A DNA stretch of 64,000 nt from an uncultured Verrucomicrobiae bacterium (GTDB lineage: Bacteria > Verrucomicrobiota > Verrucomicrobiia > Limisphaerales > Palsa-1400). This document shows, piece after piece, positions 1 to 9,898 of the stretch; positions within the stretch are counted from its first letter, which is position 1; each line of letters starts with the position of its first letter. The notes beneath the pieces were generated by a model. That model worked only from the letters and a program-made list of their open reading frames with translations, was not told the origin of the DNA and did no database searches. Location: positions 2,624,001 to 2,688,000 of the forward strand of contig CAVXRD010000002.1 in NCBI GenBank assembly GCA_963764165.1, in the 5' to 3' direction. The position numbers and the translations under genes were made by a program.

Positions 1-2
1 CG

Positions 3-227
3 GGCGATGCGGCGCGCGCGGTCAAGGAATTCCAGACCGCCGCGCAGTTGATGCCGCAAGTCATCGAAGCGCAGTTGAATCTCGGCATTGCGCTTTACCA
101 AAGCGGCAGGCTGAGTGATGCCCGCGAGCTGTTCGACCGCATTCGGAAGCAGGATCCCAAGAACACCATGGCGGCGCGCTATCTTGATCTCATCCGCCGA
201 AAGACGGATCCCGAGGCTGGCAAATGA
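3..227 (+). CDS. TPR-repeat protein, 3' end (truncated by window edge)
   Basis: Frame from nt 3 reads GDAARAVKEFQTAAQLMPQVIEAQLNLGIALYQSGRLSDARELFDRIRKQDPKN...; TPR pattern; stop overlaps next start (ATGA at 224-227). Confidence 0.8.
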   Translation, partial: GDAARAVKEFQTAAQLMPQVIEAQLNLGIALYQSGRLSDARELFDRIRKQDPKNTMAARYLDLIRRKTDPEAGK

Positions 228-1342
228 AAGCGGCCATGAGATGGCGAGCTGGCATGCTGATGGCGCAGCTCTCATGGCTGGCGCACACAGGGAACGGCGC
301 CCCTCCCGGCGCAAATTATTTCCCGCTGTGGCGTGATGGAAAAACGAACGCCATTGATATGGCGCTCATTTATCAAGGCGGCGTCCATCGTCCGCAATGG
401 GCGACAAACCGCTTCGCGCCTTATGTGACTTTCCGCGACACTCAGGCAGGCAAAGAAGAATGGCTTTTTGACACGTTTCTTTTCATCGAATTCAAAGACG
501 GAAAAGGCCATGCCTACGCAGCCGACTCCGGAAAGAATCCGGCCGGAAAATCAGAATGGCAATTCCTCCTCGACCGGAATTTCGCCGCCAACGACGGCAT
601 CCCAATGCTTGAGAAAACGTGCGAGGCCGCGAGATCGCGAATCGGCTCCCCGCTTCGCAAGCGAAAGGTTGCCATCACTCTGCCGGAGCCTGTATTCGCC
701 AAAACAAATTGGGGCGAATTGAACGGGCGGGCGCTGGATTTCAACAAGGCCGATGACCAAATCTCGGCCTGCGAATGGTTCATGGACACCGCGGAAGAAA
801 AGTGGCGGGAGCTCGCGCCGCGAAATCTCGATTTGGCCGGATTCTATTGGCTGGACGAAACGGCGCCCACCAATGCCGAATTTATTCAAGCCGTGGCGCG
901 AAGAGTCCATGCCCGCGGCAAACAATTCTATTGGATTCCGTTTTGGCAGCCGTCGCATTGGAAGGGGCAATGGCAGTCATACGGCTTCGACATCGCATGG
1001 CAGCAGCCGAATCATTTCTTCCACCCCGAACTGCCCGATTCGCGCCTGCGCGATGCCTGCTATTTTGCCGACAGCCACGGCATGGGATTGGAAATGGAAT
1101 TCGATCCGCGCATGATCAGCCAGCCGAACATTTTCATGCCGCGATTTGAGGCGTATTTTAAGGCGTTCGATCAGTTCGGCGTGAGCCAAAATGCCAGCAT
1201 GGCCTGGTACGAAGGCGGCGTCGCCATTTACGAATTGGCCACCTCGGAAAACCCGGAGCTTCGCGCGCGTTACAACAGCATCGGAAAATTTGTCCTCCGC
1301 CGGCAGCACATCGCGGACGAGAAATTCGCCAAGGAGCGCTGA
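224..1342 (+). CDS. DUF4855-like exported protein (putative glycoside hydrolase-like fold)
   Basis: Motifs LIYQGG, WLFDTFLF, LAGFYWLDE, YWIPF, QQPNHFF, GLEMEFD, YEGG; N-terminal signal-like segment. Confidence 0.7.
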   Translation: MKAAMRWRAGMLMAQLSWLAHTGNGAPPGANYFPLWRDGKTNAIDMALIYQGGVHRPQWATNRFAPYVTFRDTQAGKEEWLFDTFLFIEFKDGKGHAYAADSGKNPAGKSEWQFLLDRNFAANDGIPMLEKTCEAARSRIGSPLRKRKVAITLPEPVFAKTNWGELNGRALDFNKADDQISACEWFMDTAEEKWRELAPRNLDLAGFYWLDETAPTNAEFIQAVARRVHARGKQFYWIPFWQPSHWKGQWQSYGFDIAWQQPNHFFHPELPDSRLRDACYFADSHGMGLEMEFDPRMISQPNIFMPRFEAYFKAFDQFGVSQNASMAWYEGGVAIYELATSENPELRARYNSIGKFVLRRQHIADEKFAKER

Positions 1343-1382
1343 GACAGCGCGGCCTGCAGCGACCACAAATTACACTGCCAGA

Positions 1383-1577
1383 ATGAAAACGGAAACCGTT
1401 GAAATTCCCGCCGCCGTTCTCGCGTCCGTCGAAACTCTCGACGAGCTTCAGGACTGGCTCACGGCACAGCATCCCGGCGTCATCGCCGAATGGCGGGCGG
1501 CGCGGCGCGAAGATGTGGCTGGTAAATTCAAACCTTGGAAACCCCGCCATCAGGCGTGTCCTGCCAAGTCGAAATAG
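1383..1577 (+). CDS. Small putative type II antitoxin
   Basis: 64 aa (MKTETVEIP...LDELQDWL...ARRED..GK) directly upstream of and overlapping a RelE-like remnant. Confidence 0.6.
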   Translation: MKTETVEIPAAVLASVETLDELQDWLTAQHPGVIAEWRAARREDVAGKFKPWKPRHQACPAKSK

Positions 1578-1691
1578 GCGGCAAAGCTTCGGGTGGGCGA
1601 TTATCGCGTCCTCCATTGGATTTATCCCGCAAAAAAGATTGTCCGCATCTGCCGCATCCAGCACCGCTCCGAAGCTTATCGTCATCTCTGA
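1556..1691 (+). pseudogene. RelE/ParE-family toxin remnant (internal deletion plus frameshift)
   Basis: GTG frame VSCQVEIGGKA then, in another frame from 1584, KLRVGDYRVLHWIYPAKKIVRICRIQHRSEAYRHL*, the RelE C-terminal signature; middle of the protein is missing. Confidence 0.8.
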
Positions 1692-1749
1692 TTGCCGCCT
1701 TGGGACGGCGTGCCACCGTCCGCAGACGCCGCGGCCCCAGCAAACCGCT

Positions 1750-1814
1750 TGGCACTTTACCCCCGTTGTTTTGGCACGCGCATCTCTGGACAACCGATTC
1801 GGCTGATTTAAACT
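1750..1814 (+). promoter_or_regulatory. Direct-repeat operator plus promoter, copy 1
   Basis: TGGCAC (1750) / TGGCAC (1772), 9 nt, TGGACA (1787), 16 nt, TAAACT (1809); same architecture at 9625-9667 (-) and 15395-15437. Confidence 0.75.
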
Positions 1815-1927
1815 CGGTCATCACATGCATTTGCGAATTTCGTTGACGGCTTGTATTCTCAGCTCGGAACTCCTAGCGTCAACGCAGTGCAATTTCCTGT
1901 CCTCCAGCCAATAGAAATCGCCTCCCC

Positions 1928-2281
1928 GTGAAACCGCTTTGTTTAACCGCCGCTTGCTGCCTGCTGATCTCCCCCAGCCCGGCGGGCGCCCATCAAAGCG
2001 GCGCTCTTGTTGACAAGATCAACCCATTCATCGGCGCCAGCACCAGCACTGATCTTGGCGAGGGCAAACCGTTCACGGTTCGCGCGCGTGAAAATTCCGC
2101 GGAGAACGATTATATCCAGTCCGCCAAGCTCAGCGGCAAGCTGCTCGGGCGCGCGTGGCTGCGGCACGGCGAAGTCGTGGCGGGCGGAACACTCGATCTG
2201 CTCTGGGCTCCGAAGCCGAATCAAGCGTGGGGATCGTCCCCGGATGTCTTGCCGCCGCGCAATTTTCCGCCGCACAATTAA
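1928..2281 (+). pseudogene. GH92 alpha-mannosidase remnant: signal peptide and N-terminus fused in frame to the extreme C-terminus
   Basis: LVDKINPFIGAS..GEGK joined to PFTVRARENSAENDYIQSAKL.GK...RAWLRHGEVVAGGTL; the latter aligns with the C-terminus of the intact GH92 at 7299-9593. Confidence 0.85.
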
Positions 2282-2288
2282 GACCCAT

Positions 2289-4842
2289 ATGGCCAATATG
2301 ACTCTGCGATGCGTGCCGGCAATCATTTGCTTGTGCGCAGGCTCCGCCATGTCGCAGACGGCCTATTTCGCGGATGGCTTCCACGGCGGATTTTACGGCC
2401 ATTATCCAGCGAACTTCACGCAGTTCATGGTGGACTCGATGCGGAAGAATCCGAATTGGAAATTGAACTTGGAGATCGAGCCGGAGACATGGGATTTTGC
2501 GAGCACCAACACGCCGGATGATCTGGCGGCCTTCAAGGCGCTGGCGGCGGATCAATCCGTGAATGGGCGTGTCGAGTTCGTCAATCCGGCTTACGGGCAG
2601 AGTTATCTTTGGAATATTTCCGGCGAGAGCGTGATTCAGCAATTGGATCGCGGCATGAAGAAAATTCGCGAGCAATTTCCAAACGCGGATTTCTCGACCT
2701 ATTCGAGCGAGGAGCCGTGCTTTACCAGTGCGCTGCCGGGGATTTTGCGCTCGTTTGGATTCAGCCACGCCGTCCTGAAAAATCCAAATACGTGCTGGGG
2801 CGGATACACGCGGGCTTATGGGAAGGAATTGGTGAATTGGATCGGATCCGATGGAACGGCGATTTCGAACTGTGCCGCGCTACGAAATCGAATCGCTCAA
2901 ACCGAACTCCACTTGGGAAACCATCGCGGCCGCCAACGGATCGAATTACGTCACCGCCGCGCTCAAAGACGGAATAGAGCATCCGGTTGGAATGTGCCTG
3001 CAAGATGCTGGGTGGCGATGGGGGCCGTGGCTGAGCCACGGCAAAACCGCGTATCGGCCCACGGAATCAGTGACGTGGCGCGAGTACTTCGACAAGATAA
3101 CGACAAACGCGCCCGCGCCGGATTGGGCGTTCGATCAGGAAGACGTGCGCGTAAGTTTGGTTTGGGGTTCACAAATTTTGCAGCACGTCGCACAAAATGT
3201 GCGGCAGGCGGAGAATCGGATTGTGATGGCGGAAAAAATGGCGACGCTCTCAAGCGCCCTGCTCGACACTCCGTGGCCGAAAGCGCCGCTGGACGAGGCA
3301 TGGCGAACTCTCCTTCTCTCGCAGCATCACGACTGCTGGATTGTTCCTTATAATCGCCGCTTTGATCGCACATGGGCGGAAAACGTCGCGCTTTGGACTG
3401 AATCCACGCGGAAAACAAGCGACGACGTCATTGCCGATTCCTCCAAGAACTTTTGCTCGCATTCGCAAATTGGCGGAGCGCAAACAATTACGGTCTTCAA
3501 CACGACAGCCTTCGCGCGCGCTGAATGCGCAGCGGTCGAATTGCCTTCGGGGTGGTCATCCGCGAAAATGCTCGACTCAAGCCATCACGAAGTCATCTCC
3601 CAATTGATTGTCGAAAATTCGAAAACGAATATCCTGTTCCGTGCGCTAACGCCCCCTCTTGGATTCAATACATATCAATTGCAAAAAGGCTCCGTGCAAC
3701 TGCAGGTTGGAGCCACTGCCACCATCGACGGAAACGGGATGGCGCGAATGGAATCGGATTTTTATTCGATGCTCCTTGATCCGAAGAAAGGTGGAACCAT
3801 CGTGGAATTAACCGCAAAGAAGCTGGGTGGTAAAAATCTCGTGGCGGATGGCGTTGGCGCCGTGCTGAACGAGGCGCGTGGTTTTTTTCCGAAACAAGCG
3901 CGTTTTTATTCCACAACAAATGCCGCGGCGGAGATTCAAATTATTGAAACGGGCCCGTTGGAAATCTCGGTTAAAATTTCCGGGCAAATTGCGGACAATC
4001 ACGTCGATCAATGGATCATAATGCACGAAGGCGAGCCTCGCATTGATTTCAAAACGCGCATGGATTGGAAGGGCGAACAGGAAATCGGCGCGAAGCCGGC
4101 GCCGGGAGGATTCCAGGCGACCGATGATCGCAAAGCGTTTTATGACGACCGCTGCAAGCTTCGCGTGCTTTTTCCCTTCGCGTTGAAGAATGAGAAAATC
4201 TTCAAGGATGCGCCCTTCGCGGTGACGGAAAGCCATTTGACCAACACGTTTTTCGACCGCTGGTCGGAAATAAAAAATAACATCGTCCTTCATTGGGTGG
4301 ACGCGTGCGACGCCTCCAGCGGAATCGGTATCGCGCTTTTCACCGATCAAACCACGAGTTATTCGAGCGCTCCTGGCGAGCCGCTCGGGTTAACCGCGCA
4401 ATACAGCGGCACCGCTTTGTGGGGGCGGAACTACAGTTTGAACGGCCCGACCGAACTTCGTTACGCGTTGCTTCCGCACGCTGGCGATTGGCAGCGGGCG
4501 CGCATTTGGGCCGCCGCCGATGAATGGAACGAGCCGCTCTTCGCATTAACTAATGCAGTCGAGGCTGGCGGACAGTCATTGCTCTCCATCGATGGCGACG
4601 CGCTGGAAGTCCCAACCATGCGAGTCGTTGACGGCAAAGTCGTAGTGCGGCTGTTCAATCCATCGCGCGAAGCGGTCTCGGCGACTCTTTATTACAACGG
4701 AAAAATTCAGAGGGCGGAAATGGTTCAACTCAACGGCGAGGCGATCCATTCGCTCACTTTGCAGAAGGATTCCAGCGGTCACGCGATGTTCACCGCGAGT
4801 TTGCCAAAATTTGGCGTCGGCACGATTCGCATCACCCCGTGA
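2289..4842 (+). CDS. GH38-like glycoside hydrolase, split by a +1 frameshift at 2863-2865 (pseudogene or sequencing error)
   Basis: DGFHGG, LEIEPETW, WIGSDGTAI | RTVPRY, LLLSQHHDCW, IETGPL, PRIDF; removing one T from gatttcga restores one ~850-aa ORF. Confidence 0.75.
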
Positions 4843-4849
4843 TCTTCCA

Positions 4850-7177
4850 ATGGTTCGCCAGATCAAATATGTTCTCTTGATGGGATTGGTTTTCGCGCTG
4901 TTCCTGCTTGGGTGCGCCAGGCCGGCTTGCGCGCAAATTCTTTCCAACGGTGGATTCGAGGCAGGCTTGAGCAATTGGAGCGCCCGGCTCGCGGTCGGCG
5001 GCGCCGCCGTGTTTGCAAATACGACCTCCGACATCCATTCCGGCACCAATGCCTGCCTGATCTCTGTCTCCGATGCCGGCACTTCTCCGAACTCGGTGCG
5101 CCTCGTCAGCAGCACGTTTACGGCGAGCGCGGCGGATACGTACGTTTTGAGATTTTGGGCCAGCGCGAGCGTGGATTTCGCCAATTTGGGAATTAATATT
5201 ATCGGAGCCATGCCGACCGCTCCATTGATTCCGTTCGAGATTTCCACCAACGAGGACAACTATCAGGAATACCTGTTCGCCTTCAAAGCGAGCGGGCAGG
5301 CATCGATTGCCTTCAATTTTCAAACGGCCGGAAATTACTGGCTCGATGACGTCGAAGTGTTGGATCTTACCAACAACGACGGATGGGACATCCCGATGAC
5401 GTATCTCTGGCAATGGGGGCAGGAACGATATTCGCTCACGAACTCAGTGGGATGGGGCGGAGGCGACAACGACAAATCGGTCCTTCTGCCGGACGGCAGT
5501 GTGGCTTGGATTTTCAACGACACATGGACGGAGACCTTCAACTTTTATTCCAACATTCACGGCGGCGGCGACCTCCCGCGCAACAGTGTCGTGCATCAAG
5601 TGGGCACCAATCTTTACATGCTGAAAACGAGCACTGTTTTCGTTCCGACGAACACGAACGATCTTTATTGGATCGGCGGGCCAGTGGTGGAAAGCAACAA
5701 GCTGCTCGTCCTGGTCAGCGAAGTGAATGCCACGGCGATCACGCGCGTCGGAACTTCTATCGCGCAGCTATCATTGCCCGCTCTCACGCTTGACAGCATC
5801 ACGACGGTGGCGTCACCGGCTTCGGACGATTACAACCCCGTGCTTAATGGCCAGGACGGATACTACTACATTTACTGGGCATCGAACAATTTTGTCCGCG
5901 TTGCGCGAACGCCCGTCGGCCAGCTCGCCGTCAGTTCGGCGTGGAATTATTGGACGCCCGGCGCGTGGGTCACGAACCACTCGCAGGCCGTCCCGCTGCC
6001 GTATTTGCAGGGCGCATGGTCTTGCGCGCAGCTTGGCGTGAGCAATTTCGCGATGGTTTACATGCCGGATTTGGATTGGAATATCGTGGCGCAATTCGCT
6101 CCGACCCCACTGGGCCCGTGGAGCGCTCCCATTAATGTAGTTGACACACCGTATCAATGGGGCGAGCTGAATTACATGCCGAACATCTGCGCCGGAACCG
6201 GCAGCAACGGGCTTTACACCATCGGCTATTCCGACAACGGATCGCCGGACGGGCTGGCCAAAGTCGCCGCAGACAAGTCGTATTACAATCCGCATTTCGT
6301 CACCGCCAACTTGCTGGCGCTCTCGCCATTTTCGGCCATCGCGGGCGCAGGCGGCCCCGGTTCGCGCATCTCGATCAAGTTCGCCGCCGACCAGGATTAC
6401 GGGAACGATCTCGTGAACGTCACCCAGCCGGCGGGAGTTCTCAGCTCGAGCAACTGGTTTAATTTTTTCGGGCCGGACAGCGCCAGCAAAGGCGCGACTA
6501 ACGTTCCGTTTTACTCCTCGCAAGGCCAGCGTTATCAATCCTCCGCGGTGCTTGTTTATGATTGGGCGGGCGAAATCAACCTCATCGGAAACAACGCGCC
6601 TTTGAGCAACAACGTGGCGCTGATGAACAGCTTCATCAATGTGCAGAACAACGGCTGGTATCTGTCCGTCACCAATCTCGATGCGCCGTTCACAAATGGA
6701 TATTCGGTTTATTTTTACTATCAAGGTGGAGAGGTTGGTCGCGGCGGCCAAAATTATCTGCGCTATTACAGCGGCAAGACGACGAATGGAGCGTCCACCG
6801 GGCTTGAGCGCTGGGATTTGTACTCGACAGCGGCGACCAACAACGGCGTGTTTGTGCAGGGCCTGACGCCGTTGTCCACGAGCGCGGCCAACGAAACGCC
6901 GAACGCCAATTACTGTGTGTTTACAAACCTCTATGGCGGCGCTTTCAGCTTGATGATCACCAATGGAAATTACGGCGGCATCAGCGCCATTGAAATTGTG
7001 GCCAGCAGCCCGCCGCTCTCCGCGCAATTTGTGAACGGAAATATCGTATTGACGTGGTATCAAGGCACGCTCCAGCAAACAAGCGACCTCACTGCTCCGT
7101 GGTCAGATGTCGTCGCCACGTCGCCTTATTCGCTCCCGGCGACTGCGCCTCAGCAATTTTTCCGGATCGCGCCGTAA
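4850..7177 (+). CDS. Secreted modular protein: CBM4/9-like domain, DUF5005/DUF4185-like propeller, beta-sandwich, ~55-aa C-terminal domain
   Basis: Signal peptide; ILSNGGFEAGLSNW...YWLDDVEV; GWGGGD..SVLLPDG..WIFNDTW, PRNS, YW, GPWS, YSDN, YNPHF. Confidence 0.7.
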   Translation: MVRQIKYVLLMGLVFALFLLGCARPACAQILSNGGFEAGLSNWSARLAVGGAAVFANTTSDIHSGTNACLISVSDAGTSPNSVRLVSSTFTASAADTYVLRFWASASVDFANLGINIIGAMPTAPLIPFEISTNEDNYQEYLFAFKASGQASIAFNFQTAGNYWLDDVEVLDLTNNDGWDIPMTYLWQWGQERYSLTNSVGWGGGDNDKSVLLPDGSVAWIFNDTWTETFNFYSNIHGGGDLPRNSVVHQVGTNLYMLKTSTVFVPTNTNDLYWIGGPVVESNKLLVLVSEVNATAITRVGTSIAQLSLPALTLDSITTVASPASDDYNPVLNGQDGYYYIYWASNNFVRVARTPVGQLAVSSAWNYWTPGAWVTNHSQAVPLPYLQGAWSCAQLGVSNFAMVYMPDLDWNIVAQFAPTPLGPWSAPINVVDTPYQWGELNYMPNICAGTGSNGLYTIGYSDNGSPDGLAKVAADKSYYNPHFVTANLLALSPFSAIAGAGGPGSRISIKFAADQDYGNDLVNVTQPAGVLSSSNWFNFFGPDSASKGATNVPFYSSQGQRYQSSAVLVYDWAGEINLIGNNAPLSNNVALMNSFINVQNNGWYLSVTNLDAPFTNGYSVYFYYQGGEVGRGGQNYLRYYSGKTTNGASTGLERWDLYSTAATNNGVFVQGLTPLSTSAANETPNANYCVFTNLYGGAFSLMITNGNYGGISAIEIVASSPPLSAQFVNGNIVLTWYQGTLQQTSDLTAPWSDVVATSPYSLPATAPQQFFRIAP

Positions 7178-7203
7178 CCGAGGTGTAATTGAAAGTGGGG
7201 CAA

Positions 7204-7305
7204 GAGGTAGGGACGCCTCGCCGAGGCGTCCGAGGACTCTCGCGATTCCGAACGCGGTCGAAAAGCGCCACAGCCCCGGACGCCTCGGCGAGGCGTCCCT
7301 ACCTC
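7204..7305. repeat. Inverted pair of GTAG-type REP elements
   Basis: Perfect 29-bp inverted repeat GAGGTAGGGACGCCTCGCCGAGGCGTCCG (7204-7232 / 7277-7305), each with an internal 9-bp hairpin; between convergent genes. Confidence 0.9.
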
Positions 7306-9593
7306 AACTGCGAGATGGCGGCGGGCGGGCGGGCGTCGCTTCCGGTGGCCCATTTGTAATCGGGGCCGGAGTCCATTTCGAACTTCACTTCGCCGCCAGC
7401 GGTGATCTGTCCGTGCGTCAAATAGATTTTATCCAGCGGCGAGCTGTTGAGCGACGCGCCATGAATGTACGGACGCTGCGGTCCGTTGTTCCGGGCGTTG
7501 ATCACGAAATGCTGGTTGGTGGCGACCGTGAGCGTGGCCTTGTCAAATATCGGGCTGCCAATGGCGTATTGGTCCGTCCCCGGGCAGACCGGGTAAATTC
7601 CCAAGGCGCTGAATACATACCAGGCGGACATTTGCCCGTTGTCCTCATCGCCGCTCAATCCATCTGGCGTGGATTGATAAAGCTCGTTCATCACCTGGCG
7701 AATGCGAATCTGTGTTTTCCACGGCTGGCCAGCGTAATCGTAGAGGTAAATAACGTGATGAACAGGCTCGTTGCCGTGGGCGTATTGGCCGAGGTTTTGC
7801 GCCACCATCTCATTCATTTCATGAATCATTCCGTGATAGGTGCCGGTTTTCACCTCGGAGCCCGCCGCGAACATGGCGTCGAGCTTTGCCGCAAACTTTT
7901 TGTCGCCGCCCATCAATTCAATCAAGGCGGGGATATCCTGCATCACGCTCCAGCTCCATTGCCACGCGTTCCCTTCGACAAACGGGCCGCCCCACTCGAT
8001 GGGATCGAACGGCTCGCTCCATTTGCCGTCCTCCTGGCGGCCGCGCATGAAGCCAACCGACGCGTCAAATACATTTGTAAAATTCATGGCGGAGCGCGCG
8101 AATTGGCGGGCTTCTGCTTCGCGTCCAGCGGCTAGCGCAAGCGTGCCCGCGCAAAAATCGTCATAGGAGTACTCGAGCGTTTTCGCGGTGGTGTCGGAGG
8201 TCTTCGGATTTGGCAAATATCCCAGCGTGTCAAAATATTTGCATCCGCCGCGGCCCATTCCAAAGAAACCTTCGTTATGAGCATCGTGCATGACCGCGCC
8301 AGCCGCATCGGCCGGATTAAACGAGCGGACATTCTTCGCCCACGCATCGGCCAAAACGGAAAATGCGTGATTGCCGATCATCGCATTGCGGTTGCCGGGG
8401 CTCGACCATTGGGGAAGCCAGCCGCTTTCGCGATACGCGTTGAGAACGCCTTGCACGATCTCTGCGCTGAAATCGGGAAACAGCAGATTATAGAGAGGAT
8501 GGGCCGCGCGGAACGTGTCCCAATATCCGGTGTCCGTGTACATGTAACCGGAGTGAATTTTCCCGTCGTAAGGGCTGAAATACGTCGGCTTCCCGTCGGC
8601 CCCGATTTCATAAAATCGATGCGGAAACAAAACGCTGCGGTAAAGCGCGCTGTAAAACGTGCGCCGCTGCTCTTCAGACCCGCCTTCGACGGCGGCGCGG
8701 TTCAAAATGGAATTCCACCGCTCCTCGCCGCGCCGGCGAACCTTGTCAAATGAATCACTGCCGATCTCCTGATCCATCGTGCGCTGCGCCTGCTCAAGCC
8801 CGATGAAGGATGACGCCACCCGGCACTCCGCCACCGGCGTCTTGCCGGTGTCGAATTGCAGATACGCGCCGACGTGATGCCCTTCGATCTTCGATCCCGC
8901 TTGCGCGACATCGTTGGACCAAACGCCGCTCACTTGAAAGGGCTGGTCGAATGTGATTACGAAATAATTCCCGAAATTATCGGGCACCGCGCCGCGATTA
9001 TTTCGCGCCACGCCGATGATTTTATTTTCCTTGGGCAATATCTCGACCGACGAATCTTTTTCGCTAGGAAACAAATCGAGCACGACAAATCCGTCCCCCG
9101 ATTTGGAAAACGAGAAACGGAAGCGCGCGGCCCGTTCGGTGGCCGTCACCTCGGCGATCACGTTCCATTTATCGAGGAGGACTTTGTAGTAATTGGGCTG
9201 GGCCTGTTCGTTGGCGTGGGAAAATTCCGATTTTCGATCCTCCTCGTTGATGGCCAGCCTGCCAAAGACCGGCATGAACGCGAACGCGCCGTATTCTGGA
9301 ATCCACGCGCTCGGCTGATGGGTCTCGCGGATGCCGCGAATCTCGTGGTGCCGGTACTGGTAGTAGAACGAATCCTTTTGCGGCTGCGTATAGGGCGCCC
9401 ACGTATTCATTGGAAACGGCCACGCAATGGCGGGATATGTATTGCCGTGCGAGAACGTCCAGGAGGAGTCCGTCCCTTGAAGGGGATTGGCCAGAAACAC
9501 TGGCGGCAAATTCGATCCGCCCGCCTGCGCGGCATTCGCCGCCGATAGGATTGAGGCAATCCAAAACATCTTAATCGAGCGCAAAAGGGACAT
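7299..9593 (-). CDS. GH92 alpha-1,2-mannosidase family protein
   Basis: NPLQGT, GNTYP, THQPSAW, WDTFRAAHPL, GWLPQW, MIGNH, TLEYSYDD, FVEGNAWQW, QYAHGNEP, GDEDNGQMSAWYVFSALG. Confidence 0.95.
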   Translation of the reverse strand: MSLLRSIKMFWIASILSAANAAQAGGSNLPPVFLANPLQGTDSSWTFSHGNTYPAIAWPFPMNTWAPYTQPQKDSFYYQYRHHEIRGIRETHQPSAWIPEYGAFAFMPVFGRLAINEEDRKSEFSHANEQAQPNYYKVLLDKWNVIAEVTATERAARFRFSFSKSGDGFVVLDLFPSEKDSSVEILPKENKIIGVARNNRGAVPDNFGNYFVITFDQPFQVSGVWSNDVAQAGSKIEGHHVGAYLQFDTGKTPVAECRVASSFIGLEQAQRTMDQEIGSDSFDKVRRRGEERWNSILNRAAVEGGSEEQRRTFYSALYRSVLFPHRFYEIGADGKPTYFSPYDGKIHSGYMYTDTGYWDTFRAAHPLYNLLFPDFSAEIVQGVLNAYRESGWLPQWSSPGNRNAMIGNHAFSVLADAWAKNVRSFNPADAAGAVMHDAHNEGFFGMGRGGCKYFDTLGYLPNPKTSDTTAKTLEYSYDDFCAGTLALAAGREAEARQFARSAMNFTNVFDASVGFMRGRQEDGKWSEPFDPIEWGGPFVEGNAWQWSWSVMQDIPALIELMGGDKKFAAKLDAMFAAGSEVKTGTYHGMIHEMNEMVAQNLGQYAHGNEPVHHVIYLYDYAGQPWKTQIRIRQVMNELYQSTPDGLSGDEDNGQMSAWYVFSALGIYPVCPGTDQYAIGSPIFDKATLTVATNQHFVINARNNGPQRPYIHGASLNSSPLDKIYLTHGQITAGGEVKFEMDSGPDYKWATGSDARPPAAISQLR

Positions 9594-9624
9594 AGCTTTT
9601 AAACTTCCGTAACCGCCGGGGCTT

Positions 9625-9667
9625 TGTCGATGGGTTTGAGTGCCAAAGCTGCTGGCATTGCGTGCCA
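9625..9667 (-). promoter_or_regulatory. Direct-repeat operator plus -35, copy 2, upstream of GH92
   Basis: Minus strand TTTTGGCACGCAATGCCAGCAGCTTTGGCACtcaaacccaTCGACA: 22-bp repeat period, then TCGACA 9 nt later. Confidence 0.7.
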
Positions 9668-9696
9668 AAATCGGTCGCATACGATTTTAAGAAGGC

Positions 9697-9763
9697 CGGC
9701 GGTGCGAGGCTGCCGCCGAGCCGTTCCCTTCAATGATGGCTCGGCAGGAGCCTCGCCCTGCCG
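9697..9763. repeat. Degenerate inverted REP pair
   Basis: CGGCGGTGCGAGGCTGCCGCCGAGCC (9697-9722) versus reverse complement of 9738-9763 CGGCAGGGCGAGGCTCCTGCCGAGCC; 4 mismatches in 26. Confidence 0.7.
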
Positions 9764-9898
9764 TAATTCGCCAATTGTCGAGGGAAATTGACCATGCAGA
9801 ACTTGAGTTTCACTGGGGAGCGCCTGTAACCTTCGGCAAGAACTTCAGCCCTTTTCGCGCCCCCGCCTCTGACGGATGGGACGCCGAAGTTTACTGTA

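Noticed and set aside
1750..1790. TGGCAC boxes as sigma54 -24 elements (also at 9640-9667 and 15395-15422)
   Set aside because: None has GC at the -12 position (GG-N10-GC); the fixed 22-bp pairing and following TSGACA fit a direct-repeat operator better
2007..3353. 448-aa ORF as a stand-alone gene
   Set aside because: Only residues encoded at 2289-2865 are meaningful; it is the 5' half of the frameshifted GH38-like gene
5813..8135. Long alternative ORFs (5813-7078 -, 7107-8135 +; similarly 13390-14610 -, 52952-54271 +, 56938-58080 +)
   Set aside because: Antisense shadows of well-supported genes in GC-rich DNA, with no recognisable motifs
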